Assembly (NCBI GenBank): GCA_964534995.1
Contig: CAZHSC010000005.1
Location: 17,857-81,856 of the forward strand
From: an uncultured Bifidobacterium sp.
GTDB taxonomy: Bacteria > Bacteroidota > Bacteroidia > AKYH767-A > OLB10
Direction of reading: 5' to 3'
DNA: 64,000 bases
The notes below the pieces were generated by a model. That model worked only from the letters and a program-made list of their open reading frames with translations. It was not told the DNA's origin and did no database searches. Positions 50,046 through 60,390 of the stretch are shown in pieces (position 1 is the stretch's first letter; the number at the start of each line of letters is the position of its first letter). The position numbers and the translations under genes are program-made.

Positions 50046-50708
50046 ATGCTGACACTTGTACCTACACCCATCGGTAACCTCCAGGATATTACCCTAAGGG
50101 CGCTGGAGGTATTAAAGGCAGCTGATATCATTCTTGCCGAAGATACCAGGACGAGCAAGGTGCTGCTGCATCATTACGGCATCGAAAAGCGGGTACTGGC
50201 ACATCATCAACACAATGAACATCATGCCCTTAAAGAGATCGTGCGCTTGCTGAAAGCAGGACAGCAAATCGCCATGGTCAGCGACGCGGGTACTCCCGGC
50301 ATCAGTGACCCCGGATTTCTGCTGGTGAGGGAGTGCATTAAGGAGGGGGTGGAGGTGCAGTGTTTGCCGGGCGCAACGGCCTTTGCCCCGGCCCTGGTGC
50401 TGAGTGGCTTGCCCTGCGACCGTTTTGTTTTTGAAGGCTTCCTGCCGCAGAAGAAAGGGCGTCAATCCCGTCTGGAAGCTTTAAAAGAAGAAGAGCGCAC
50501 CATGATTTTTTATGAGTCACCCTTCCGTCTGATAAAATTACTGGAAGAGTGTGCCCTGCATTTCGGCGAAGAACGGCAGGCTTCCGTTACACGGGAGCTG
50601 ACCAAAAAGTTTGAAGAGACGAAACGGGGAACACTCTTAGAAATCAAAACGTATTTTTCATCCGGGGTCATTAAGGGTGAATTCGTAGTGGTCATTGCAG
50701 GTAGATAA
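50046..50708 (+). CDS. rsmI: 16S rRNA (cytidine1402-2'-O)-methyltransferase
   Basis: LVPTPIGNLQDITLRALEVLKAADIILAEDTR, tetrapyrrole-methylase fold. I prefer the ATG at 50046. Confidence 0.9.
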   Translation: MLTLVPTPIGNLQDITLRALEVLKAADIILAEDTRTSKVLLHHYGIEKRVLAHHQHNEHHALKEIVRLLKAGQQIAMVSDAGTPGISDPGFLLVRECIKEGVEVQCLPGATAFAPALVLSGLPCDRFVFEGFLPQKKGRQSRLEALKEEERTMIFYESPFRLIKLLEECALHFGEERQASVTRELTKKFEETKRGTLLEIKTYFSSGVIKGEFVVVIAGR

Positions 50709-50953
50709 CCTTTATTCCCGGTTCGTGGACTTTTTTTGTTCAGCAGGTTCCATGAGTTGTTCAGGGATCAGTTTTTCAAACTATCATCCGATGACCACAG
50801 GCGCCGCTGCACAATAAATGGATGCCACGCCTGCGCGTATACGCTAAAAAAAACGAACAATTGTAACCACCATAAATTGCCAGGATACATCCGGCACTGC
50901 AATAATGAAATGGGTCTGGATTTACAAACTCAAGAATTTATATTCGGTCTCCC

Positions 50954-51379
50954 TCAGATTTTCTCAAAAGTCAACAAATCCGTTCCGCCATTTCCTCCAC
51001 TTACATCTTCCAGTTGAATCTTTGCCGAAGACTGTTGAACAATGTGCCAGTCATCCGTGATTTCAATGAAATCGGTATTGGTGGTGAAAGTGAGATAAAG
51101 TTTGTTCTGACTGTCATCAGAACCCGTTGACCAGGTGCCGCTAACAACACTGCCGGATTTAGCAGCCGTAACGGAGCCTCCACTGCCGAAGACAAATTCA
51201 TAGCCGCTAAAATGAGTGGTTTCATCGTTTCCACTGTCGTTATACAAAGTTACCCGCCACTTTCCCTGTGTTAAAGATGCGGAAGAAGAAGGCGTTGAAG
51301 CATCGTCTTCCTTCTTACAGGACATTACTCCGGAAGCTAACATCAATGCCAATACCAAATACCTGAATGAATTTTTCAT
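50954..51379 (-). CDS. Small lipoprotein, hypothetical
   Basis: 141 aa with lipobox GVMSC-KKEDD. No family recognised. Confidence 0.55.
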   Translation of the reverse strand: MKNSFRYLVLALMLASGVMSCKKEDDASTPSSSASLTQGKWRVTLYNDSGNDETTHFSGYEFVFGSGGSVTAAKSGSVVSGTWSTGSDDSQNKLYLTFTTNTDFIEITDDWHIVQQSSAKIQLEDVSGGNGGTDLLTFEKI

Positions 51380-51409
51380 GTTATCAAGTTATTTATGTTT
51401 CAATGATAT

Positions 51410-52636
51410 TTACTGCTTAATCAATTTCTGTATTCCGTTCAGCCGTTCACTCTCAAGCCTGAGAACATAGATACCGGGTGCAAGCTGAAGGTGAGAAATA
51501 TTGACATACTGATCCTCTCCTGTTTGAGTCAGTGATGCAGTAAAAAGTGTTTTTCCGCCGGCATCCATCAACACTGCATTTTCCCATAAAACACCGGACT
51601 TAAGAATATGAATGTCATCTGTTACCGGATTAGGAAAAACATAGGTTCCCATTTGCGTTTTTGCATCTTCAACGCCGGCAGGAGAGCTGTATTTATACAA
51701 ATCACCATCGGAATCCAGAAACCAACCCAGGGCGGTATTCCTCATTTCAATGGACATAATGTCGGCCCCGGAGGTGCTGGCCTGCGATACCCATGTGTTC
51801 CCGCCGTCAGCCGTGTAATTCATTACCCCATTAAGACCCACCAGCCAGCCTTCGGAAGAGCTGATAAAAGCAAGATCATTAAAATCAAGCGAGGTAGCCG
51901 CGGTTTGGGCCGTCCAACTTTGTCCGGAATTATTCGAATACACCACAGCGCCACCCTCACCGCATATCCAGGCTGCATTGCCTGATATTGATATTGACAT
52001 CAGATTATCTCCTGATGCCGAAACAACAGGTTGCCAGGTCATCCCCCCATCCGCTGTACGGTATAACTCACCACCACCACAGGATAATAAACCGGTAGCG
52101 GCATTGAAAAAGCGCATACAGAAACCATCCTCCGTGGTGACGGATTGCGGGGTCCAGCTAATCCCCCCATCTACTGTTTTTTGCAGCAAGCCATTCTTTC
52201 CCATCACCCAACCTGTGCTGGCATTCAGGAAGAAAACATTATGAAGTCTTTCATTAAACAGCACCGGCGCTGACCAGCTATATCCTCCATCTGTTGTTTT
52301 CATAAACATACCGGTATTTCCTCCGGAACCTCGTCCGGCAATAAAGCCTTCGTTCGCGTTAAGAAAATAACATTTAAAATTATTTCCTGCAGTGTTGTTT
52401 ACCGGGTGATGGGACCAGGTCTGGCCACCGTCAATGGTAGCGATGCAAACAGTAGTTACAAAATTTCCATTCTGTGTTGAATCCGCAATAATAAATCCTG
52501 TATAGTCATCCGTAAAGTGCATATCTCCGGGTTCAACATTCTGAAATTGATGCAGGAGGTTCCAGTTTTGAGCATATACATTTATTTGATGCAGGAAGAG
52601 AAAGGTAATTATAGCAAGTGTAAATGTTTTTTTCAT
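51410..52636 (-). CDS. BNR/Asp-box beta-propeller protein (Ycf48/sortilin-like) with T9SS C-terminal sorting domain
   Basis: 408 aa with a signal peptide. There are six Asp-box-like motifs (DGGQTWS, DGGYSWS, DGGISWT, DGGMTWQ, NSGQSWT, DGGNTWV). The CTD-like end is YVFPNPVTDD...IQKLIKQ. Confidence 0.7.
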   Translation of the reverse strand: MKKTFTLAIITFLFLHQINVYAQNWNLLHQFQNVEPGDMHFTDDYTGFIIADSTQNGNFVTTVCIATIDGGQTWSHHPVNNTAGNNFKCYFLNANEGFIAGRGSGGNTGMFMKTTDGGYSWSAPVLFNERLHNVFFLNASTGWVMGKNGLLQKTVDGGISWTPQSVTTEDGFCMRFFNAATGLLSCGGGELYRTADGGMTWQPVVSASGDNLMSISISGNAAWICGEGGAVVYSNNSGQSWTAQTAATSLDFNDLAFISSSEGWLVGLNGVMNYTADGGNTWVSQASTSGADIMSIEMRNTALGWFLDSDGDLYKYSSPAGVEDAKTQMGTYVFPNPVTDDIHILKSGVLWENAVLMDAGGKTLFTASLTQTGEDQYVNISHLQLAPGIYVLRLESERLNGIQKLIKQ

Positions 52637-52972
52637 TTTCTCTTAATTAATAGGTTATATTTATTATTAGTACCTATCAAAGGAATGCATCTTTCAAAAA
52701 TGATGCAATTGAATTTACCTGAACGGGTTGAAACCAATGCTGAACGGGAATCAGGCCATCTGATCTCCGCGAATGCCGCATCCGGTTTCACATGTATGAC
52801 CCCTTAAAACAAACGGTCCCATCCTGGTTTACGGTTGTATCTGTCAGCAACCGCTTTATCAGCATTGGCTCCCTTAGGGTGCAGGACCGTTTTCAAACAG
52901 CAGATATATACATATATCCGGTTTATCCATTATGCCCCGTTGATAAAGGAATAAAGTGAACGCAGAAATTCA

Positions 52973-54754
52973 GTGTTTTTCCCGTTACTTTCGTATAAAC
53001 ACATCCAAGCTGTGCCGCGACTCTATCCCGAAAAACAACGCGACCTGATTGTACTGCAACTTACGGGGCAGTTATTTTTTCTGGGCCTTTTTGTATTGTC
53101 GTTGTTTTACTGGAAAGAGCGGCAGGCTTTCGATGCCGCGCATTACCTCATAGAAATCATCAACCGGAAATTCTTTTTCATGGCCCATGGCCGGCCTGTT
53201 GGTATTTTCACGCAGGTGTTGCCGGTCATCGCCACCTGGCTCCGGTTGCCTTTAAAGGCAGTTGCCATCCTCTACAGTGTGGGGGATATCCTGTGGTATT
53301 ACGTCCTGTTTCTCTGGCTGGCTTACGGTTTAAAAACGAGGCAAGGCATCATCAGTCTTTTATTATTATTGTCACTCACGGTACGTTACAGTTTCTTTTG
53401 CCCGGTAACGGAACTCCTGCAGGGTATTGCCTTGCTTCCGGTATGGCTGAACCTGCTTTCCCGGTCTTTCCGTTTCCGGATCTTCATATTGCTGCTGCTG
53501 CTTGCGCTCATCCTTTTTTCGCATCCCCTGCTTTTTTATCCCGTACTCTTTTCTTTAGCCTGGTGGCAGTCGGATACTCCCGAAAAGGGAAAGCTGCCAC
53601 GCATCCTCTGGCCCGCCTTTGCCGTGCTGACAGCCCTGAAGTTTTTCTTTCTCGACGCCTACGACCACGGCAAAACGTTTTATCCGGTAGTATATAACGA
53701 CTATGGCTATCTGAAAACCCTGTCCTTTTCCGCCTTTACGGACCTGGCCGCAGTTATTGCCGGAAACTACACCCTGCTTACTCTGTTATTTACAGTCCTT
53801 ATCCTGTTCCTCCTCCTGCAAGGCCGCCGCAGGCAGGCCCTGTTGCTCTTTCTCTCCATAACCGGCTACCTTGTACTCATCACAGCTACGCATCGCTTCG
53901 GAGGCATCAGCAATTACTCAGAGCGCATGCTGCTGCCCCTGCCCGCTATGATTGCCCTCGCCACACCCGGCATCCTCCTCCGCACAAAATTGTTTATCAT
54001 CAGAATATCTTCCTGGATTTTTTTACTGTTGGTACTCCTCTTACACATAGACCTGTTGCGCATCACTGCCAGGCCCTATACGCTGCGGGTACGGCAGATT
54101 CAGGCACTGACGGATGTTTCCAGGCAACTGGGGATTAAAAAGGGTATCGTCAAGGAAGAACTCATGGAGCAGACCTCCTTTGCCATGACCGGCTGGAGCT
54201 ACAGCATGGAAAGCCTTTTACTATCGTCTTATGAAGGCCCTGATGCCTCGGTGAGTATCGTCATGCAAAGGGATCATATTGACCGTATTCAGGAGCAGGT
54301 TAATACCCTGAAAGACGATCAGTGGGTAATGTGGGCCGAGCGGCTTCCTGCTCTGGATGTCCTCCACAAAAACTATTTCCGCCTGCCTGCGACGCCCTAC
54401 CGCGCCTTATATGGAACAGCCGCCCTATATACTGATACGGTTTCGCTTTCGCTGATGGACGCAGAAAAAATCAACGCACACACTACCGCCCTTGTATTTC
54501 AAATAAAGATTCCTCCGGGAAAAATTTTTTACAGCAATGACAGCAACCGGCTACAGATACAGCTGCCCGGAGGACCGGAACTGCGTATGCTGCTCCCCTG
54601 TCACCTTACAGGCAACAGCAGGCTCATTACGGAAATACCTGCCAGCCATCTTCCGGAGGAGGCACCGATACAGGCGGCCCTCGTTTCGGGCCCATTAACG
54701 GCAGGCAAAACCACGATCCTGCACAGGTCGGGGCGCTTTTGGGAAGAAAAATAA
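52973..54754 (+). CDS. Polytopic membrane protein (~12 TM) with ~220-aa C-terminal soluble domain, hypothetical
   Basis: 593-aa ORF with a GTG-type start, so the true start is uncertain. It has many hydrophobic helices. No catalytic motif recognised. Confidence 0.5.
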   Translation: MFFPLLSYKHIQAVPRLYPEKQRDLIVLQLTGQLFFLGLFVLSLFYWKERQAFDAAHYLIEIINRKFFFMAHGRPVGIFTQVLPVIATWLRLPLKAVAILYSVGDILWYYVLFLWLAYGLKTRQGIISLLLLLSLTVRYSFFCPVTELLQGIALLPVWLNLLSRSFRFRIFILLLLLALILFSHPLLFYPVLFSLAWWQSDTPEKGKLPRILWPAFAVLTALKFFFLDAYDHGKTFYPVVYNDYGYLKTLSFSAFTDLAAVIAGNYTLLTLLFTVLILFLLLQGRRRQALLLFLSITGYLVLITATHRFGGISNYSERMLLPLPAMIALATPGILLRTKLFIIRISSWIFLLLVLLLHIDLLRITARPYTLRVRQIQALTDVSRQLGIKKGIVKEELMEQTSFAMTGWSYSMESLLLSSYEGPDASVSIVMQRDHIDRIQEQVNTLKDDQWVMWAERLPALDVLHKNYFRLPATPYRALYGTAALYTDTVSLSLMDAEKINAHTTALVFQIKIPPGKIFYSNDSNRLQIQLPGGPELRMLLPCHLTGNSRLITEIPASHLPEEAPIQAALVSGPLTAGKTTILHRSGRFWEEK

Positions 54755-54883
54755 GCCCTGGTGCGGTATTTTGCATCCTTGCTATGCAATATTTATTGAA
54801 AAACAAATATTTACTTGAAAAAAGCAGTAGCAAAAATCAATTTTTAATCTTTACATTTGGCAACATTAACTTAAAATCACACA

Positions 54884-56686
54884 ATGAAAAAACTATTACT
54901 ATTTGCAGTATTTGTGCTATGCGCCGTTACTGTTAACGCGCAAATCGGCACATGGGTAAGCCAGGCCACCAACTTCACGCCTATTTCCAGCGGAGTACGT
55001 TTCGTAAGTCCTGTTGATACCAATGTTGTCTGGATCTGTTCTTATGATGGTTCCGGCGGAGGACTGGAGCGCCAGGATTTTTCCCGTACCATCGACGGAG
55101 GAGTAACCTGGGTGGCAGGTACCGTTACAGGAGCTCCTGCTACACATGACTGGTCTATGATTTTCGGTCTGGATTCCAACACCGCGTGGGCGGTAATGTA
55201 CAGCAGCGTTGCAAGTGTTGCCGGCGGTATATACAAGACCACAGATGGCGGCGCTACCTGGAACCAACAAGGCGCGGGTGTTATTTACAATAACCTGAAC
55301 CAATCTTTTCCCAACGTAGTACACTTCTGGGATGCCAACAATGGTTTTGCCATGGGTGATCCTGAAGCCGGATATTATGAACTTTATACCACTGCCGACG
55401 GTGGCAGCAACTGGACACGTGTACCCTCCGGTAATATCCCCGCACCCCTTGCCGGCGAATACGGTATTGTAGGACATTATCAGGTAGTTGGCGATACAGT
55501 TTGGTTTGATACCAACAAAGGACGTGTGTACCGTTCACCGGACCGTGGCCTGAACTGGACTGTGAGCAGCACGGGTATCACCGTACCTGCCAATGGCGCT
55601 ATTGACATCTGTTTCTATTCCGCTACCAACGGACTGGCCAGGTTGTATAATTCCACCACCGGTGGCAACACCATGCGTGTAACTTCCGATGGCGGTGACA
55701 CCTGGACTGTAGCCACACCCACCGGTAACTTCTTCGGATCGGATGTTAAGCACGTTCCCGGAACCGCTTCACGACTGATCAGTACTGGCGCTGCCCAAGG
55801 ATTCATCGGCTCTTCCTTCAGCGATGACGGTGGCTTAACCTGGACTGACATCGAGACCACAGCTCAGCGTACTGCCCTGGGTGTTGTGGATTCCACACAT
55901 ATGTGGACCGGAGGCTTCACCACCTCCCCCAACTCTGACGGAATATTCAAATGGTTCCTCATTCCAACCGTACAGTGTACCGATCCCGGCATTTCGGCGG
56001 GAGTAACCACAGCCAGCGTTACTCAACTTTGCGGTGGTGATACAGCAGTGTTCACCTCTACCGGTGTTTTCGCTCCCACAGTGGGTGATTTCGCAGGTGT
56101 AAGCTGGGTTATTACCAATGCATCCATCACAGGAAGCGCCAACCCTCAGCTGGAGCCAAGCCTTGTTGCCAGCTATACTTTCAACTTCCCGGCACCTGCC
56201 ACCAGCCTCCGTCAGTTTATCAATGACGGAACGCTGATCAATGGTACTTCAATTCCTTATGGCACTTATTTCTGGACTCCTGTAGTTTTCGGTAATGCCA
56301 TTGCAGCCAGTAACCCTCCCGTATTCCTGAGCGACCTGGTGCTGGATGCCCAGTGTATTCTTACCGGTACCTCTGTAGCGGTAGATGTCCTGGATCCCCT
56401 GGATCCTCAGTGCACCACGGGTATCAACGAAATCAATTCCGGCATCGGAATCACTACCAGCATCAACGGACAGAACATCGACGTGAAAATGAACAGTGAG
56501 CGCAGCGGCCTCGCGGTGATTGAAGTATTCGACATCAGCGGACGCAAAGTAAGCGGCCAGAACAGTCCGGTATACAAAGGCGTGAACCACATCTTCATTG
56601 ATGCTTCCACCTATGCGGCGGGAACTTACATCATCAAAGCCCGGGTAAACGGCATCGCCGGCCAGGGTAAAATTGTTAAGATGTAA
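54884..56686 (+). CDS. BNR/Asp-box beta-propeller protein with T9SS C-terminal sorting domain
   Basis: 600 aa with a signal peptide. Asp-box-like motifs are DGGVTWV, DGGATWN, DGGSNWT, DRGLNWT, DGGDTWT and DGGLTWT. The C-terminal ~80 aa look like a CTD (AVIEVFDISGRKV...GKIVKM). Confidence 0.7.
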   Translation: MKKLLLFAVFVLCAVTVNAQIGTWVSQATNFTPISSGVRFVSPVDTNVVWICSYDGSGGGLERQDFSRTIDGGVTWVAGTVTGAPATHDWSMIFGLDSNTAWAVMYSSVASVAGGIYKTTDGGATWNQQGAGVIYNNLNQSFPNVVHFWDANNGFAMGDPEAGYYELYTTADGGSNWTRVPSGNIPAPLAGEYGIVGHYQVVGDTVWFDTNKGRVYRSPDRGLNWTVSSTGITVPANGAIDICFYSATNGLARLYNSTTGGNTMRVTSDGGDTWTVATPTGNFFGSDVKHVPGTASRLISTGAAQGFIGSSFSDDGGLTWTDIETTAQRTALGVVDSTHMWTGGFTTSPNSDGIFKWFLIPTVQCTDPGISAGVTTASVTQLCGGDTAVFTSTGVFAPTVGDFAGVSWVITNASITGSANPQLEPSLVASYTFNFPAPATSLRQFINDGTLINGTSIPYGTYFWTPVVFGNAIAASNPPVFLSDLVLDAQCILTGTSVAVDVLDPLDPQCTTGINEINSGIGITTSINGQNIDVKMNSERSGLAVIEVFDISGRKVSGQNSPVYKGVNHIFIDASTYAAGTYIIKARVNGIAGQGKIVKM

Positions 56687-56707
56687 TTAAAAGCAAGCCC
56701 TTCTTAA

Positions 56708-56738
56708 AAGCCGCCTCTTCACCGGGGCGGCTTTTTTA
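56708..56738 (+). terminator. Rho-independent terminator
   Basis: AAGCCGCC-N10-GGCGGCTT followed by TTTTATT, 22 nt after the stop at 56686. Confidence 0.7.
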
Positions 56739-56949
56739 TTACCCGAGTGCGGGATGTACAGGATGCTCACCGATTGGATCCCGGATCGCATTGCTATGTC
56801 CTGGTTTTATCCTGTTTCCATGACAAATAATGTGAGGATGCGTTATGCGCCTGCACAGCATATACCTGCACCACAGAGCACCCTGCTTCCCGTCTGATCC
56901 TGCTGCATCGGACTTTTTTACTTACCTTTATTCTGTTAAATATCTCCGC

Positions 56950-58839
56950 ATGAAAAAACTTCTACTTACCGGTCTTTTCATCATCTTATCGCAGTTCGTA
57001 CAGGCGCAATGTTTTGTGAATATTGGCAGCAGCGGGAATAACATATGCGGTCAGTGTAACGCATGGATACTCATGTCATTTTCGGGAGGCACCCCGCCTT
57101 ATACCGTTAACTTCAACGGACAAAATCTTGGAAGCAACTTCGGCGTTTCCCTGCAAATCACCGACCTCTGCCCGGGTACCTATCCATACATTGTAACCGA
57201 TGCCAACGCCGATACCTGTAACGGTGTGGCAAGTATCACCATCGGTTCATGGGGAACGGCCCTTTTCAATACCCTGACCATTACCAACCCTTCCTGCCCA
57301 TCCTGCAATGACGGCATCATCAGCGCCACTGCCTCCGGCGGTACCCCGCCCTACTTTTATCAATGGAATACCGGAATCAACACCTCCACCATTGGTAACC
57401 TGGGCGCCGGAATTTACATTTTAACTACTACCGATTCCATGGGCTGCACCGACAGGGACACCGTTTACCTCAGCTACAGCGGAAGCTTTCTCCACACCGT
57501 TTCAGGAAAAGTCTTCTTTGATGTGGATAATGACGGCCTCTTTGGCGGACCCGATATTCCGCTCCGCCAGCAGCAAATTCAGAAAACGCCGGCCGGGCAG
57601 ATTACCTTTACCGATAACCTTGGCAATTATATCTTCGGCGACAGCAGTGGCACCTATACGTATTCCTATCTGCCCGTAAACGGTTACTCGATCAGTAACG
57701 GGATTCCCTCGCACACCCTTACCCTCACCAACACGGATATAAATGGTCAGGATTTCGCGGTACAACCCGATTCGATGTTTCACAGCCTGTATGTCTCTAC
57801 TTTCTGCACCTTGCCACGCTGCTCATCCAATGCGATATACATGACCACAGTAAGCAATACCGGCACTTATATTGACTCGGGAAGTGTGCAATTCACCTTT
57901 GATCCGCTTATGCTCTTTTCAGGTTCTACATCAGGCGGAACGGTAAGCGGACATACCATCACCTTTACCTTTGACAGTTTACTACCCTTTGAGACAAGAA
58001 CCTTTTATTCCAGTTACCTCCTTCCCGGTCCCGGTACTGTTGTAAATACCTCTACGTTGGGCGCCTGTTATGATACATCGGGCGTCATCCTGAGCACCGA
58101 TTCATCGGATTACGATCACAGCATCCTTTGCGCCTTTGATCCTAATGATAAACAGGTCATGCCGGAAGGTGATGGCAGCGCCCACCGTGTGGACATGGAT
58201 ACCGAGTTACGATACCTGATCCGCTTTCAGAACACCGGAAACGATACCGCCTTTAACATTGTCGTGATCGACACCATCGACGCGGGACTTGATCCCAACA
58301 GCGTGTATGTGATCGCCACCTCCCATCCCTGCTGGATTCAAAAAGTCAATGGCCACATCATGCAGTTGACATTTGATAATATCCTCCTGCCCGACAGCAA
58401 TATCAATGAACCGGAAAGCCATGGCTTCATTTTATTTAAAGCCAAAGGAAGTCTTCTCAATACGGACCCCACCATTGTATACAACACGGCATATATTTAT
58501 TTCGATCAGAATGCTCCCGTATCAACCAATACCACCTTTACCACTTTCAGCAACAGCAGCACAGGCCTGATCGCGTTGAGCGGAAAAAGCAAGGGGATAA
58601 TTACATTTTCACCGCACCCATTACACGGCAGCACAATGATCCGCTTTGATGGAGTGTCACAGCATACATACATACTTGAAATTTCTGATCTCTCAGGAAG
58701 AAGAACGGGGCCGGACAAAAAATTCTACGGTAACGCGTACCTGTTACAAAGAGAAAATATGCCGGCAGGGATGTATTTCGTCCGGATTACGGATGAAGTA
58801 ACGAAAGAAGTGTTTTATTCAAGGATGCTGGTGAATTAA
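56950..58839 (+). CDS. Secreted SprB-repeat-like / conserved-repeat surface protein with T9SS C-terminal sorting domain
   Basis: Starts at MKKLLLTG (ATG at 56950); the tracked upstream extension has no signal peptide. It has Cys-rich GGTPPY repeats (CNDGIISATASGGTPPYFYQWNTG) and an FDPNDK motif. The CTD-like end is ITFSPHPL...FYSRMLVN. Confidence 0.7.
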   Translation: MKKLLLTGLFIILSQFVQAQCFVNIGSSGNNICGQCNAWILMSFSGGTPPYTVNFNGQNLGSNFGVSLQITDLCPGTYPYIVTDANADTCNGVASITIGSWGTALFNTLTITNPSCPSCNDGIISATASGGTPPYFYQWNTGINTSTIGNLGAGIYILTTTDSMGCTDRDTVYLSYSGSFLHTVSGKVFFDVDNDGLFGGPDIPLRQQQIQKTPAGQITFTDNLGNYIFGDSSGTYTYSYLPVNGYSISNGIPSHTLTLTNTDINGQDFAVQPDSMFHSLYVSTFCTLPRCSSNAIYMTTVSNTGTYIDSGSVQFTFDPLMLFSGSTSGGTVSGHTITFTFDSLLPFETRTFYSSYLLPGPGTVVNTSTLGACYDTSGVILSTDSSDYDHSILCAFDPNDKQVMPEGDGSAHRVDMDTELRYLIRFQNTGNDTAFNIVVIDTIDAGLDPNSVYVIATSHPCWIQKVNGHIMQLTFDNILLPDSNINEPESHGFILFKAKGSLLNTDPTIVYNTAYIYFDQNAPVSTNTTFTTFSNSSTGLIALSGKSKGIITFSPHPLHGSTMIRFDGVSQHTYILEISDLSGRRTGPDKKFYGNAYLLQRENMPAGMYFVRITDEVTKEVFYSRMLVN

Positions 58840-59035
58840 TACAGATAGTCCTTTCAAAGAACCGCCAGGAAAAAGACGGGTTTATTTATGGGATAGGATG
58901 ATTCAGCGCAAGGAGTATACTATTTTATACCTTCCATTTACTTCCGGCAGGCAATTTTAATTTATCACACCTAAAAATATAATGGTATTGGTGTGTTTGT
59001 CAGAACTCCTGCAGGTTGAGGAAAAAGTGCTGTTG

Positions 59036-60205
59036 TTACAGCTTCATCATTTTTGCGTTGAAAATGCCGTTGCCGGAATGTATGCTTACCATATAATTTC
59101 CGGGAGCAAAGTGACTGCAATTGATTTCATGTCGCCCTGTTTCCTTCCCCTTCAGACGGCGTTGTTCATATACAATCCTGCCTTGTGCATCCTGTATGCT
59201 TAGTACAGCCTCCGCCGTTAGTGTGGGCGGTAAATAAACAGTAAGTGTTGTTGTTACCGGGTTGGGATAAAGCATCAGGTCAACCACCTTGCCGCCTTCT
59301 GCCAACGCCAGGGGGCTTCCCGGGTTGCAACTTTCAAGGTCGGCATATCCTGTTGATGAGGACGGCATAGGGATGGCTACGCCCGCGCTTACCGTCCCCG
59401 TATTCAGAACAAGCGGCAACAGCGCATTGGGTGTTTGGGGGTGTGCGGGACCAAATGCGAGATAGAGGGTGCTATTCAGCAGCATCATACCATAACAAGC
59501 AGTGGTATTCAGATTGGCGGCATATTGCATCAGCAACTGTCCGCCCGGCGTCACCACATACAGCGAATCAGATATAACAGCCCCGGAACCTGTTGGTCCT
59601 GTAAAAAACCAGACATTACCGGCCTGGTCCACCGCCAGGTCCCCCACACTCGACCTGCGGCCGGGGCCCCATGACCAGACGGGTGAAAGGCTTGTACCGT
59701 TAAAGCGAACCACACCCCTGGAAGTGGAAGTGCTGTCATACAGGATATAATAGAGATAATTGCCGTTACCGCCGCAATTGAATATCTTGTCCGGTGCCGC
59801 ATTTGCCGATGTATTCACCCATGCGGTACCGTTATAATACCCGGGAATACGCGAGTTGGTGGTGGTATAAAAAGTAGGCGTGAAGGAACCGCCGTTCAGG
59901 TTATTGCAATAGGCCAGGTTGCCTTCTGTGGCTGTGAATATTCCGGAGGCCACCAGGCTGACCGTAGCCCCGCTCAGATTCAGCTCATCAATGCTGCCAT
60001 TGCCCAGGCTGTTGATAGCCCAGAAGTTCCCGGGACTGCAGGGAATTCCCGGCAGCGTTGCCCTGTCAGATGTTTCATTTCCTGCGGGCTGGATTTTATT
60101 TGTTTTTACACGACCGGAAGGTGATATGGAATTTTTCAAGGGAGGCTGTGCCTGAGCAGAAACAATAAAGAAAAACAGCAGGGCAAGGGAGAGGAACTTG
60201 TTCAT
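59036..60205 (-). CDS. Secreted hypothetical protein with T9SS C-terminal sorting domain
   Basis: 389 aa with a signal peptide (…SAQAQ). The C-terminal LMLYPNPVTTTLTVYL...FNAKMMKL looks like a T9SS CTD. Confidence 0.6.
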   Translation of the reverse strand: MNKFLSLALLFFFIVSAQAQPPLKNSISPSGRVKTNKIQPAGNETSDRATLPGIPCSPGNFWAINSLGNGSIDELNLSGATVSLVASGIFTATEGNLAYCNNLNGGSFTPTFYTTTNSRIPGYYNGTAWVNTSANAAPDKIFNCGGNGNYLYYILYDSTSTSRGVVRFNGTSLSPVWSWGPGRRSSVGDLAVDQAGNVWFFTGPTGSGAVISDSLYVVTPGGQLLMQYAANLNTTACYGMMLLNSTLYLAFGPAHPQTPNALLPLVLNTGTVSAGVAIPMPSSSTGYADLESCNPGSPLALAEGGKVVDLMLYPNPVTTTLTVYLPPTLTAEAVLSIQDAQGRIVYEQRRLKGKETGRHEINCSHFAPGNYMVSIHSGNGIFNAKMMKL

Positions 60206-60390
60206 AGTAATTATGTTGCAGGATAAATATAGGCATATTTTAAAAAAACAGCATTGCGCTTCTTTTCAGTCAGTCAAATTGTTCTTGTACAACTCAACGG
60301 AAGGCGCTATGGATAGCCTGAATTTCCTGTCATACACAATATACCAGACTTGTATAATACTTCAGCAGAAGTCAGGGTAAATATCTTTTT

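Noticed and set aside
50736-51017. 93-aa ORF between rsmI and the small lipoprotein gene
   Set aside because: It overlaps the 3' end of the convincing minus-strand lipoprotein gene, is Cys/His/Arg-rich, and has no signal peptide or motif. It is probably spurious.
60198-60380. 60-aa ORF at the left edge of the gene-free gap
   Set aside because: It has a non-ATG start, overlaps the start codon and promoter region of the 389-aa gene on the other strand, and has no motif. It is probably spurious.
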